38,119 bases of DNA, from positions 8,723-46,841 of the forward strand of contig CALSCP010000386.1 in the NCBI GenBank assembly GCA_943704425.1. Direction: 5' to 3'. This DNA is from Ministeria vibrans ATCC 50519 (taxonomy: Eukaryota > Protista > Filasterea). The position numbers and the translations under genes are program-made. The notes under the pieces are model-generated. The model was not told where the DNA came from. It did not search any database and was given only the letters and a program-made list of their open reading frames with translations. Positions 10,645-20,962 of the stretch are shown in pieces (within the stretch, counting starts at the first letter, position 1; the number at the start of each line of letters is the position of its first letter).

Positions 10645-13290
10645 CTATTTTGCTGTGCTATTGGAGATCAAACTGATAACAAAAGCGCTGACATGATGGG
10701 AGTTTTGCGTCGTCTTCAAGAGATCCGGAAGTCGCGTGAAGAAGATGTCGCGGAGAAGAACTTGGAGTATTTTGCGGCGGTCGGTTAGCTGAAAGGTGGT
10801 GACTACCACGAGACGGGCAAGACAGGCGAGAACGCTGCGGAGCGCTCCTGTCCATTGCGAATGGCCACGGTAGGGCGCGAGTTGGAAGCCCAGCAAGCGC
10901 ACAACCACACGATGGAGATTTTGCGCGAGGAGTATGAACTGCATGTCGTCTCCAATTTGCGTATGGTCTGTCAGCGAGAGGCGCAGCAGTTCGGCCAGGT
11001 TAATGATTGACATGAAAAAGTCGCTGGGCGTCGCGCGATGCATGTGGTGGTCCCGCTTCAGGCTGCTTGAAGGGATTGTGCAATCAGTGAGTTCGCGAAG
11101 TCCTGGGGAGAGCAAGCCGAGAGACAGCGCAAAGGCGGGGTGCAATGTGAAGGAGAGTTGTTCAATGGACTGGCGCAACTGCGGATCCGGATAGGCCTGA
11201 TGGAGTCGGCAGAAGAACAGAGGGGCATGCTGAGGGATCTCTTGGTTAACGCTGCAGCGAAACTTTGCCACCAGGAGAGGAATATTTTTCTCAAGAAAGC
11301 GCGCAATTTCTGGCACACTGCGCTCGCTTGCAGCCGCCTCAAGAGCAAGCTGCGCGAACGGCCCATCATGTTCCTGGTCAGTCAGGTTGCGGTTGTCGTT
11401 GCCTTTGCTGCCCAACGCCGTACTCACATGGGTATCGCGCACCTCCTGAACGTGCGCCCGGTCGCTGAGTCCGGATTCCCTCGCAATAAATATCTCGACT
11501 TTTCTTGAGCACGAGACGTAGGCGTCCTCCGGCTCAGACTTCTCGACCTCGTCGTGAAACTCAAGCTCTCTTTTCAACTCCTTATTCTTCTCGTATGCCT
11601 GTTGCACCTCCTCTTGCTTCTGCTTTGAAATCTGCTCGTCGTGTTGTGCTGTGAGCTCATCGACGTGCTCGCTCCGGATCGGCAGTTGCACCTGTCGTTT
11701 GGTCCGAGTCGACTGCTCCTTAAACGTCCGCTCCTTCTTCTGCTCGCGGTAGCGCAGTGTGTGCTGAAGAAATAAGTTGAGGAGTCCGTAGAGACAGTCG
11801 TCGTTGTAGGAGCGCTGCTCACTGGAGTTTTCTCCGATATACGCGTCGACGTTGTGCAAGAGAGTATTGATGACTGCCCTGCACAGCGGAAAGCGACTGA
11901 GGATGAGCTCTGGCCAGAAGTCTGCCAGGAGCTGCACCCCTTCAAGCAGCTCGAGACGCACCATGCGCAAGTCGACGTCGCCGCTCGGAAGGCATTCGCA
12001 AATATTGCGATTGGTCGGATCTTCGACCAGCAAAATCTGGTCGAGAAAAAGATGGCAGAGTGGCGCGCCGTCGGGATGCCGAAGAATTTGCTCGATCATA
12101 CTGCGATTTCCTTTGAGGAGCAAGGCAAACAGTTGGCATGCGTGTTTTGGCTTCTTGTTGTGGTATGCAGCGTGCAGCATTTGGTCTAGCTTGAGGCCCT
12201 GGGGGACGTGTCGGATGAGGGACAAGATGCCGCGCGAGAGCCACGTCTGTGCTGCAATGCTTCCGAACCGACCACTGCCGTGGTAGTACTGCATCTTGCG
12301 GTAATAGGATGGGGACAGGACTTGCAAGTGGTAGTCGTTAAGAAGTGTGTCGTCGACAGAGGCAAGGACTGCGTTGGCAAAGGCGTCGTTGTGGTACATC
12401 TGCTCCATGAGCGGGGCAAACACGTTGGCTCGCTCTGGGATTGTGATGTCAACGCGAGCAAAGTACGCCGCCACAATCGCCAAGTAGGGACTTTTGGGCA
12501 TAGGGGGGACACTGACGTTGACAGCCGATGCGTCGGTGTAGGTGGGTGGCGTCCTGAGAGCATCGGGAACGAGCACAATCTTGGTGAAGAGCGCCGTGAG
12601 GAACCGACCAAGACTTGTCGCGGACGCGTCCGAAGCGGACCACGACCACCGACGAATCGAGCGTCCCGTCGCATTGACCAACGGCGTGACGAGGTCGTAA
12701 AGATGCAGGGTGCAGGCTATGGTGAACAGAATAGCGTGTTGCAGTGGCGTGACGGCGGTGCCGGGGTCGAAGTAGCCGACTTTTTCATAGATGAGAGACA
12801 GTTGCTTGACGCGGCGGAGAAGCAGAGCGTCACGTTTGGCTGCGCTCAATTGCACTGCCTCGGGAGAGTGGTACGTGTGCCACAGGGTGAGGACCGGTAC
12901 AAAGGCAAAGCGAAGCCTGGCAAAATCGTCGACTGACAGTGTGTCTTTTTTTGCGCCGAGAGCGGCAAGAGGTGCCAACGGAAGTGTGCAGGATATTTTT
13001 TGCGGGGTGAGCTCCGCTGGCGCAGAGCGATCGACATCGCGATTGCGCGTTTGACCATGCGGAGTGCGGATGAGCGCAACAGCTTTGGCCAAGAGCTGGT
13101 CGCTGATACGGCGTTTGGCGTGTAAGAGAACGCAGTAGGCGGGGCAGAACGCGGGGGCAATCGTCATGATTCGCTCGTAACACTCAATCAACGCCGGCCA
13201 ATGAGACGGGCTTAAATCGCCCTGCAGCATCTGAGTATATTTACCAAAGAGGTGGTGAAGGTTGTGTGCTCCCGCGGGTACTTGAGACAT
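10645..13290 (-). CDS. Uncharacterised 881-aa intronless protein, helical with a central charged/coiled-coil segment
   Basis: Long uninterrupted ORF with ATG. N-terminal TPR-like segment ALIECYERIMTIAPAFCPAY. No family recognised. Confidence 0.78.
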   Translation of the reverse strand: MSQVPAGAHNLHHLFGKYTQMLQGDLSPSHWPALIECYERIMTIAPAFCPAYCVLLHAKRRISDQLLAKAVALIRTPHGQTRNRDVDRSAPAELTPQKISCTLPLAPLAALGAKKDTLSVDDFARLRFAFVPVLTLWHTYHSPEAVQLSAAKRDALLLRRVKQLSLIYEKVGYFDPGTAVTPLQHAILFTIACTLHLYDLVTPLVNATGRSIRRWSWSASDASATSLGRFLTALFTKIVLVPDALRTPPTYTDASAVNVSVPPMPKSPYLAIVAAYFARVDITIPERANVFAPLMEQMYHNDAFANAVLASVDDTLLNDYHLQVLSPSYYRKMQYYHGSGRFGSIAAQTWLSRGILSLIRHVPQGLKLDQMLHAAYHNKKPKHACQLFALLLKGNRSMIEQILRHPDGAPLCHLFLDQILLVEDPTNRNICECLPSGDVDLRMVRLELLEGVQLLADFWPELILSRFPLCRAVINTLLHNVDAYIGENSSEQRSYNDDCLYGLLNLFLQHTLRYREQKKERTFKEQSTRTKRQVQLPIRSEHVDELTAQHDEQISKQKQEEVQQAYEKNKELKRELEFHDEVEKSEPEDAYVSCSRKVEIFIARESGLSDRAHVQEVRDTHVSTALGSKGNDNRNLTDQEHDGPFAQLALEAAASERSVPEIARFLEKNIPLLVAKFRCSVNQEIPQHAPLFFCRLHQAYPDPQLRQSIEQLSFTLHPAFALSLGLLSPGLRELTDCTIPSSSLKRDHHMHRATPSDFFMSIINLAELLRLSLTDHTQIGDDMQFILLAQNLHRVVVRLLGFQLAPYRGHSQWTGALRSVLACLARLVVVTTFQLTDRRKILQVLLRDIFFTRLPDLLKTTQNSHHVSAFVISLISNSTAK

Positions 13291-13584
13291 TGTGATGCGA
13301 TTTTATAGGTAAAGCATGAATTTTTTTGTCGTTACTCGAAAGTATAAAAGGGAAGTTATTCGGACTGTGAGTGACTTGATCCGATCATCTAAAAGCGAGC
13401 GTGATGCACGCGTCATGAACGATGCTCTATCGTCTCTTTCAGACTCTGATACTCACTAATCACTGTGGTCTATACAGAATGAAGAGAAAGAAAAGCACAA
13501 GGCCAGCAGCCAGGGAACGATCACGGGACGGACTGATCGTGAAATAAGTCATTGCTAAATCCTAATTAAATTCATTTGATTGCG

Positions 13585-16500
13585 ATGCGCAAGGCGATCC
13601 AGAGAAGCGTGTATACGTTTCTCTCGTCAAAGTATGGCGTCACCATCACTGTGATTGGCATTCTACTCGTGATCGTGTCTGCTTTTCAGTTTGGCGAGGT
13701 GCAACATGAACTTGCGATCATAATTATACTAAGGTGCAAAAAAAAAAAAAAAAAAAAAATCGCTCTACAGTCTATAACCTTCGATTGCCTTGTCGTTGAG
13801 CCTTCATCCTTCTCGCACCCTGACCCCCACACCCTTGCTGCTCTCTTTTTTCTCGTGCAGGTGGTCATTGAGTGGAACATTGAGAAATACCATCGAAAGT
13901 TGAACGTGTACACGGACAACATTGCGGCTCGCTCGTTCCAGGAGCGCCTCTGTCTGCCCGTTCCCATCGACATTGTATATACGTGGGTCAACGGTAGCGA
14001 TCCGAAACTCGAACGGTCGCTTGCCGACGTAAAACAGCGTTTGCTGGAGGAAACAGTGTTGGCAGCGGCGGACGACACCGAGTCAACCAGCACTGGCCCT
14101 TCCACAGCGCCATCCGCCCCACCAAATAGTCGTCCGACGCAATTGCCCAACGATGAGACGAGGGATGCTGGCGATGCGGTGGACGTGGCAGCTTCTGCCA
14201 GCGCAGTGGCTGAGGAGGCGTCTCTTGCGGACACTACGACGACTGGAAACGTGTCAGTGTCGCTCCCCATCCCGAGTGCCTGTAATGAGACCATTGAAGC
14301 GTGTCCAACTGCCGCAGTGTTGTCTCCAGACGACAGCTCGACGACGACCAACACGGGAGAGGGCGGCGAGGAGGCTGCCGTTGGGGAGGAGGAGGAGAAA
14401 CTTGAAGAGGTCCCTGATGAGGTGTCCGCGTCACGTTTCCAGGACAACGAAGAGCTGCGCTTCAGTCTGCGATCCATTGAGCGCTTTGCACCCTGGGTTC
14501 GCAACGTCTACATTGTGACCAATGGACAAATTCCTTCGTGGCTCAACCTCGACAACCCCCGTCTTCAAGTGGTGCCGCACAGCGCCATCTTCCCCAACGC
14601 CAGCCATTTGCCAACCTTTAGCAGTCCAGCCATTGAAACGCACCTCCATCGCATTCCGGGTCTCGCCGACAAGTTTCTCTACCTAAACGACGACGTTATG
14701 TTTGGTCGCGAAATATGGCCCGACGACTTCTACACGCACGCCAGCGGGCAAAAGGTACACCACTAATTTTTTTATTGTTGTTTCTTCTTCTTCTTCTTTG
14801 TGTGCGTGTGTGCGTGCGTGTGTGTGTGGTCATGATTTTTTGTCTCGTTTTGGGTGGTTTAGGTGTACCTTGCCTGGCCCGTACCCCAATGCTCAGAAGG
14901 GTGTCCGTCCAACTGGATTGGGGACCGTTACTGCGACCAGGCGTGCAACACGAGCTCGTGTGACTTTGACGGAGGCGATTGCATTGGCAAGGACGGCGCC
15001 ACACAAAGTCGCTACGACTCGTGGTCGACGTCGCAGTGGGGCTCGACAAGTGGTACGGGGGCACAATGTGTCACGGGATGTCCCGACTCTTGGGTGGGCG
15101 ATCGTTACTGCGACCGTGCGTGTAATGTGGCCGACTGTGCTCACGACGCAGGTGATTGTGGCGAGGAGGCGCTCTACCAGGTTTACCACGAAACTCTCAC
15201 TGATGCCAATGTCGTGTATGGGCGCGACGAGAGTGAAAAGGAGACGACTTCCTCGAGCGAGAACGCGGGTGATGCGGACGCGGAGGCTATCCAAAACAAC
15301 GGCACTGCATCCTCTACGTCGCACCTCGACGAGGAGACGGAGGTGGGGAGGGACGAAGCAGCAGCAGTAGAAGGAGATACGGAACCTGTGGTACAGTTTG
15401 AGTTACCGGCCGGCACGAATGCCGCCGTGTTCAATCTCACGGGGATCGTTGGAAGCGAGCACATTGCGGAAGGATCTCACTCAAACCGTGTTGCCGTGCG
15501 CACTGCCATGATTGCCCAACGTTACAAGGCTATGGTCCTCACCTTTTATCCCAATGTGACGCGTCAACCTGTCGATTTGAGCTTTGTCTACTCGGTCAAC
15601 GAGACGGAGCGCGTTCACGTGTCCTTCCGCATTTCCGTTGACACGTTTGTGGAGGCCACGTCGGACTCGGAATCGGCTGAGGCGACGCTTTCTGCTGAGG
15701 CAAGTGGCAGTGCGAATGACACAAGCAACGTAAACGGGACGTTTGCCATGCGCATTGAAAATGGCACTGACACGCTGCACTACGACGATGGTGTGGCGGC
15801 AGGCGAGCTGGCGGCGTTGGTCAACGCGACGACGGTTGCAGACGCGACAGTAGAAGTGCTTACGCGCAATGTGACGCGTGAGCGTCAGATTGAGGCTGAA
15901 GCAGTGGTCGACGACGTGGCGACTCAGCTCGAGTTGGTGGACGTGCCAGAGCACGCCACAGGGCAGCTACTGGAGCTAAAGGAGCAGTTTGTTGCGGGAG
16001 ATTTGAGGCGCAAGGGACTGTACGCAGACACCATGATGCTTTTGGGCAACATTTCGGATCGGGCTTCGTTGAGTATTCCACCCGAGGCGTCCGTCGCACG
16101 TACACTGCTCTCGTTTCCGCTGGACGCGACCATGCTGACCACGGCGAACTTTGTCTATGGTGAGACAGAGGAAGCGACGTTGGCGATGGCGAGTAGCGCT
16201 GAGGAGCGGGAGGATGCAACATTAGTGGCGCAGGATGAGACACTTGTTGAGGCGATGGAGCGCGAGCGTAGCCGTCGTGATGTTGCCGATTGGATTCGCG
16301 ACAGCAAAGAGAAGCAACTGCGCTTCCGCCACGACCTGCGAGCGTCGATTCGTGCGTGGGAAGAGCGCTACGGTGGGCCGTGGGATCCGGCGTTCATGTC
16401 GCAACTGAGTCACGGCGGGGTGTTTCCTTGGGAAAAACTGCCGCACAAGCACCGTCACACACTACTCCGTCGCGACTCGAGTGTGCGAACGGACGAGCCA

Positions 16501-17799
16501 CTGCCCAATCGACATCTACTGGATACCTTTGGTGATTCCCTCAAGTTTGTCAATCGTCTGTACACGCGTGAGTTTGGGGCTGATTCGCGCAAAGTGCCCG
16601 CTCACATCCCTCACATGATTGATCGCCATGTCATGACGGAGCTCCAAGCGCGGTAAGATCACCTTGGCTCCTTACACCGCCATTGCTTACTGACTATGTC
16701 TTTTTTTCTCCACATCTCCGTAGGTTTCCAGTTGAGTTTGACGGGACGTCGTCGCACCAGCTGCGACACAGCGACGACATGCAGTTTGCCTTCTCGTACT
16801 TCTACTATGTGATTGGGGCTCCGTCGGTATTTGACTTTGACAAGGTCTTTAATGAGTTTGACACGAATGGCAGTGGGGTATTGTCAGCCAATGAGATCCG
16901 GTCGCTGGCGGCCGCCATCTATGAGCTGCCTTTGGACGACGCCAAGCTGGGCCGTCTGTCGCGCATTCTGTACAACTGTACGGTGGCGCACCAGCGCGCA
17001 GTGGAGGCGAATCGCACGGGCGAAGGCGCTGGGTTCTTTGCCGGGGGTGGGGGTGGAGGCGAGGAAGCTGATACAGTGGGTGGTCCGCTGTATCATGCTG
17101 TGACGCGCGATGTTGTGCGCTCGTGTGAGCCGGTTATGACAGACCTCCGCAAGCGCAAGACGCGTCGCTATCGCCATCAGATTATGGACGGTGAAGGTCG
17201 CGACGTGGGCTTTAAAATGGTCCGTAACAATGTCACACAGGTGCTCAAGCAACTGGACAATCTACGCAAGGAGCGACCCAAGTTTATCTGTCTCAATGAC
17301 AACATTGACCACCGACTGCCGTCTGCCCTGCACGTACCCACTCACCACCAGTCTTCCCATTTGTGCCCCCATTCATTACTTCTCTCTCCTCTCTCTTTCT
17401 ATTCTTTCTTTCTTTCTTCCCTCATGCGTGTGTAGGTTGTGGGTGCCTTGCGTGAATTTTACGAGGCGCTCTTCCCGACTCCGTCGCAGTTTGAGCTACC
17501 TGAAAACCTCCGCAACCGATTTCTCCACCTTGACGAACTCCAACGCTGGTACACCCTATCATTTCTGTGTTTATTTTGTCACGACCCCAAACAGCACGCT
17601 TACTCCGAAAATGTACGCGCGTAGGAAGCAACAGCAGTTTCGCATGCAGCTCATGCTAGACGTGCTCTTTGTGACTCTCTTGGGGGTGCTTCTGGTGCTC
17701 TGCTTCTCATCGCGTGTCCGGAACTTTTGCCATTTGTGGGCGTTGCGTCGTGCTCGCTCGGTGCGCGAGGCTCGTGGTCGTCGTCTCATGACCGTCTGA
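13585..17799 (+). CDS. GNPTAB: GlcNAc-1-phosphotransferase alpha/beta precursor (Stealth family), multi-exon
   Basis: N-terminal TM then SAFQFGE|VVIEW. Stealth CR1 [13 protein letters not shown]; CR2 [15 protein letters not shown]...PTFSSPAIE...YLNDD; two LNR repeats ([16 protein letters not shown]...CDFDGGDC); DMAP-like [14 protein letters not shown]; CR3 [12 protein letters not shown]; EF-hand [14 protein letters not shown]; CR4 [11 protein letters not shown]; C-terminal TM. Five GT-AG introns. Confidence 0.96.
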
Positions 17800-17857
17800 A
17801 TATTATATATTTTGTAAACAATGCACTTTTAATTTTTAAATTTATTTTAGTAGATTT

Positions 17858-17957
17858 TGAGTATCTTTTTTTGTTATTGACTATTGTTTGAGTAATCTTT
17901 TTTTGTTATTGACTATTGTTTTGATAATCTTTTTTTGTTATTGACTATTGTTTTGAT
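17858..17957. repeat. Three tandem ~32-nt AT-rich repeats (ATCTTTTTTTGTTATTGACTATTGTTT core) ending at the next ATG
   Basis: Three near-identical copies read directly from the sequence. Confidence 0.9.
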
Positions 17958-18560
17958 ATGAAATCTTTCCCACTAGCAACATTTGCGAGTATACTGTGCC
18001 TGTGTGTTTGGACGGCGGCGCAAACGGCGACGTTGGAGCGTGCAGAGATCCGTTTGGACGCACAGACTCACAGTGTCATTTTCGATCCTGTCGACGAGGT
18101 TGTGGTGCAGGGCGATCTGACTGTCACCGGGGGTGTGACTACAGTCCGCGACGGTGTTGTTGTGAGCGAGGCACAGGCGCTGGAGCGCGCAGTCGCCCAA
18201 GCCATCGACCGCTTTTCGCCTTGCACGTCGTCACCGTGCGCCGACGGCAGCACCTGTGTCGCCAACCTGCTGGCACACACCTATACGTGTCACTGTGCCC
18301 CAAATCGAAGCGGGGCTCTTTGCGATGGGTACTTTTGTCCGCCTGTGGGTTGCGGTGAGAATGGTCACTGCGACAGCACTCTGTCGTGCGTGTGCGCTGC
18401 CGGGTACACTGGCGCAGCCTGCACTGTCTCGCTGTCCGCATGCGCCTCCAGTCCCTGTCTGAATGGAGGCAGCTGTACTACCAGTGTGGACGATGCGTTC
18501 CTGTGCGCCTGCGTTGCCCCCTACACCGGCCCCCAATGCCAATTCAACTCCACCACCTAA
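17958..18560 (+). CDS. Secreted protein with three EGF-like repeats (200 aa)
   Basis: Signal-peptide-like N-terminus (MKSFPLATFASILCLCVWTAAQ). Three six-Cys EGF modules: CTSSPCADGSTC...C-C...GALC, CPPVGCGENGHC...C-C...YTGAAC and CASSPCLNGGSC...C-C...YTGPQC. No TM segment. Confidence 0.88.
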   Translation: MKSFPLATFASILCLCVWTAAQTATLERAEIRLDAQTHSVIFDPVDEVVVQGDLTVTGGVTTVRDGVVVSEAQALERAVAQAIDRFSPCTSSPCADGSTCVANLLAHTYTCHCAPNRSGALCDGYFCPPVGCGENGHCDSTLSCVCAAGYTGAACTVSLSACASSPCLNGGSCTTSVDDAFLCACVAPYTGPQCQFNSTT

Positions 18561-18664
18561 CTTCTCAAGCTCTGGGTGTGTTTTGCTGTGGCCACTGTAT
18601 TGTAGTTATAATTATAGGTTGTATACACTTTTAAAGAAAGGTTCATCACAATACAAAGTCATCG

Positions 18665-19969
18665 TTATCGCCTAGCTCTCCCTCGACCCGACCTTCCGCC
18701 TCCGCGGCTACTGCTTCCCATAGGAGTCGCACCGGCACCACTAGCACCACCACCACCACCACCACTACTACTACTGCTAACAGCATCAACAGCAGCAGCA
18801 GCACCACCACCACCAATAGCAGCAGCACCGCGGCCAGTGTGTCCACGGCCTCGTCCACGTCGTCGGCTCGACTGAGCCGTTCGTTCTGATGTCATCGTCT
18901 TCCCTGTGTCCTCTTGTGGTGCACCCGGCTTTCCCTGATCTCCTCTCCCCCCTTCATCTTCTCCCGCCTCGCCATGCGCTGCACTCTCTCCTCCCGCTGT
19001 CTCCACTTCCTTTTCCTCTTCCGCTTTCTTCGTTTGACTGATCAGCAGCGTCACCCGCTCTTGTTCTGCCTCCACATCAATGATGCCCCCTGCCTTGCGC
19101 TGCTGCTCGTACCGCGCCTGCATGCGTCGCTGTTGCTCGCGCATCGACGGGTCGGGCTTGTACCGTTGTTGACCGCGTGTGTCGTTGCTAAATGGTGGTG
19201 CGTCCACGGAGCCTCCGCATGGCATTTTGTCGGGTGTCGGGACGTCTTCGCGACAGACTGGACAGAGAAACTGCTCGCACGAGAGGCCAGTGTCCATGTT
19301 GCGGCTATTATTAGCATTGCCACTGTTGGAGGCGGCGGCAACGAGATCGCGCTTGTCAGCTTGACGTTCAAGCTTGCGCTGCCGGTTCCGCTCGTGACAC
19401 TCTTGTACGTATGCCTTCCAGCAAGGTGGATGAAAAAAGTGGAAGCACGGAGTACGCACAAAGCGCACACGGTCTGCAAAGGCATCGCGGCACACAGTAC
19501 ACACGTGTCCGTGGGGACCATGCGCATTCAGTTGGGTCAGCGTGTCACGGAAAGAGTCAATCAGAGTGAACAACTGCGGCTCGCCCTTTGTCTCTCTGAG
19601 GCTCTCCTACACAGGCAGGACGTGAGACACGCACGCAACGACACACACACACACAATCAGAGGCAAGGAAGGCACCACTGTAGGTGCCAGCGCGCCTTGC
19701 AGGCGTACCTCACCGGCTGCACTGAGCGCGCGCAATTGTTGGTTGCTCAATCCGCGTTGCTTTTCGATGCTAAATTTGGCGTCGCCAGCAGCAGGGTAGC
19801 CGGGGATCGAGGCGTCTACCACGATACGCACCCACAAATGCCCGTGTTCGTCGCGGTCGCCGTCCGTTGTGGGTGTCAGCTCGACCGTCAGTGACGTTTC
19901 CGTTGCATCAACAATGCAGTCATCGAAAATGTCTTTCAGCGTCTCAACCTCCTCTCGCGCCTCCTCCAT
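18665..19969 (-). CDS. RNF25: E3 ubiquitin ligase RNF25/AO7-like (RWD + RING)
   Basis: RWD (EEVETLKDIF...GYP...RGLS), intron 19607-19708, then GEPQLFTLID, RING CTVC...TPCFHFFHPPC...CPVCRE and the RNF25-type motif YEQQRKAGGIIDVEAE. Confidence 0.88.
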
Positions 19970-20096
19970 CGCCGATTAGTGAATAGCGATCGCGCTTTTC
20001 AGTATCTAGTTCCTTCAAAACAAATAATAATAATAATAATCAAGAGCTGTACTCACAATACACTCTATTATTTCAATTTATTTTATTAGTCTTCGA

Positions 20097-20900
20097 ATGT
20101 CAGTCATCCCAAGAAAATCTGCTAGCCTATTAGTGTGTGCGGCACGGGGCTTGACGGCATATTCAGTGTTGCTCTTGAAGCGGGGGGCGGGTGCACATTT
20201 TTTACCAAACACAACGGTTTTTCCCGGTGGAGTGTGTGAAGAAGCGGATGCATCTTCGCGCGTTGCCGCCCTACGCGAGACCTTTGAAGAGAGCGGTCTC
20301 CTGCTGGCTCGCAACGCCCAGCAGAAAGCGACTGGCGGTCGATGGGGCTGGGCTGCGCCCCAGGATGGGCAGGGGAGGGAGGGACAGCAGCGAGTTGCGC
20401 GCGACGCGTCCGAGTTCACCGCGCTGGTCAAAGAGCCGCCCACGTTGGTGCCATGGACGCGATGGATCACTCCCGCGCACCTCAAGTACCGCTTTGACGC
20501 GGACTTCTTTGTGACGACCGTCGAACGCGAGATGGCCGTGCAACATGACAGGAAGGAGATGGTGGAGGGGGCATGGCACACGCCGGCCGAGGCACTGCGC
20601 CTGCACGACGAGGGCAGTCTTGTATTACCCCACACCACCTGGTATACCCTGCACGAATTGGCAACGCAGTACGGGACGCAAGAGAAGTTACAGGGAGAGC
20701 TGGAGCGGCGATTGCAGACCTGTCGCACCTCAACACCTCTGCTAGCGTTCCTCACCTCCAACGGCGCCGTATTGTTGCCTGGCGACGAACAATACCCGTA
20801 CGCAGCAGTGCCGTCGGGGTCGCGCCATCGACTAGAACCACATATCCTGAAGAACGGCGTCAAGTCGTACACCATCGAGCGACATACGGTTACGAAATGA
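20097..20900 (+). CDS. Nudix hydrolase, NUDT19-like
   Basis: SASLLV...VLLLKR...FLPNTTVFPGG, Nudix box RVAALRETFEESGLLL and WTRWITP...RFDADFFV, typical of the NUDT19 group. Confidence 0.88.
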   Translation: MSVIPRKSASLLVCAARGLTAYSVLLLKRGAGAHFLPNTTVFPGGVCEEADASSRVAALRETFEESGLLLARNAQQKATGGRWGWAAPQDGQGREGQQRVARDASEFTALVKEPPTLVPWTRWITPAHLKYRFDADFFVTTVEREMAVQHDRKEMVEGAWHTPAEALRLHDEGSLVLPHTTWYTLHELATQYGTQEKLQGELERRLQTCRTSTPLLAFLTSNGAVLLPGDEQYPYAAVPSGSRHRLEPHILKNGVKSYTIERHTVTK

Positions 20901-20962
20901 GGCGGAGGGAGTTTGTGCGCAGTGTGTATAGTACAATATTATACTTAGTATGTTACAGAGTG

